This document shows positions 19,994 to 20,000 of a stretch of 20,000 bases of DNA, piece by piece; position 1 is the stretch's first letter, and every line of letters begins with the position of its first letter. Where the stretch lies: NCBI GenBank assembly GCA_051942245.1, contig JAVECL010000006.1, forward strand, positions 114,134-134,133. Direction: 5' to 3'. The stretch comes from Trypethelium eluteriae (taxonomy: Eukaryota). The translations under genes were made by a program, and so were the position numbers. Below the pieces are notes generated by a model. The model worked only from the letters and a program-made list of their open reading frames with translations. It made no database searches and had not been told where the DNA came from.

Positions 19994-20000
19994 ATATCAC

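Noticed and set aside
14900..20000. Assignment as a Starship or as a Spok meiotic-drive locus
   Set aside because: No tyrosine-recombinase captain, element terminus or Spok-like nuclease/kinase motifs recognised in this window.
1..20000. CRISPR arrays, rRNA/tRNA genes and prokaryotic operon features
   Set aside because: None seen; the sequence is intron-containing fungal DNA with no regularly spaced repeats.

Overview
Eukaryotic DNA from a filamentous ascomycete, inferred from short GT-AG introns with CTRAC branch sites and from repeat-induced point mutation (RIP) signatures. The left half (1-9.7 kb) holds three intact genes: a HotDog thioesterase (runs off the left edge), a 3-exon cytochrome b5/FMN hydroxyacid dehydrogenase (cytochrome b2-like) and a 3-exon Zn(II)2Cys6 transcription factor. 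Between the last two lies a dead NLR-type gene (SesB-like alpha/beta hydrolase - NB-ARC - TPR). It carries a 229-bp solo LTR with a 5-bp TSD and a RIP tract confined to its central ~2 kb. The right half (~10-20 kb) is an accessory-like zone of decaying genes. It contains a degenerate Tc1/mariner (IS630-Tc1-mariner) transposon with DD37E spacing, 27-bp TIRs and no TA target duplication, which may interrupt a degenerate spliced gene. It also contains a run of intron-poor orphan ORFs broken by C-to-T-compatible nonsense codons, ending in a frameshifted candidate GIY-YIG-like nuclease with a coiled-coil tail. All calls come from manual reading and translation; no database searches were run.
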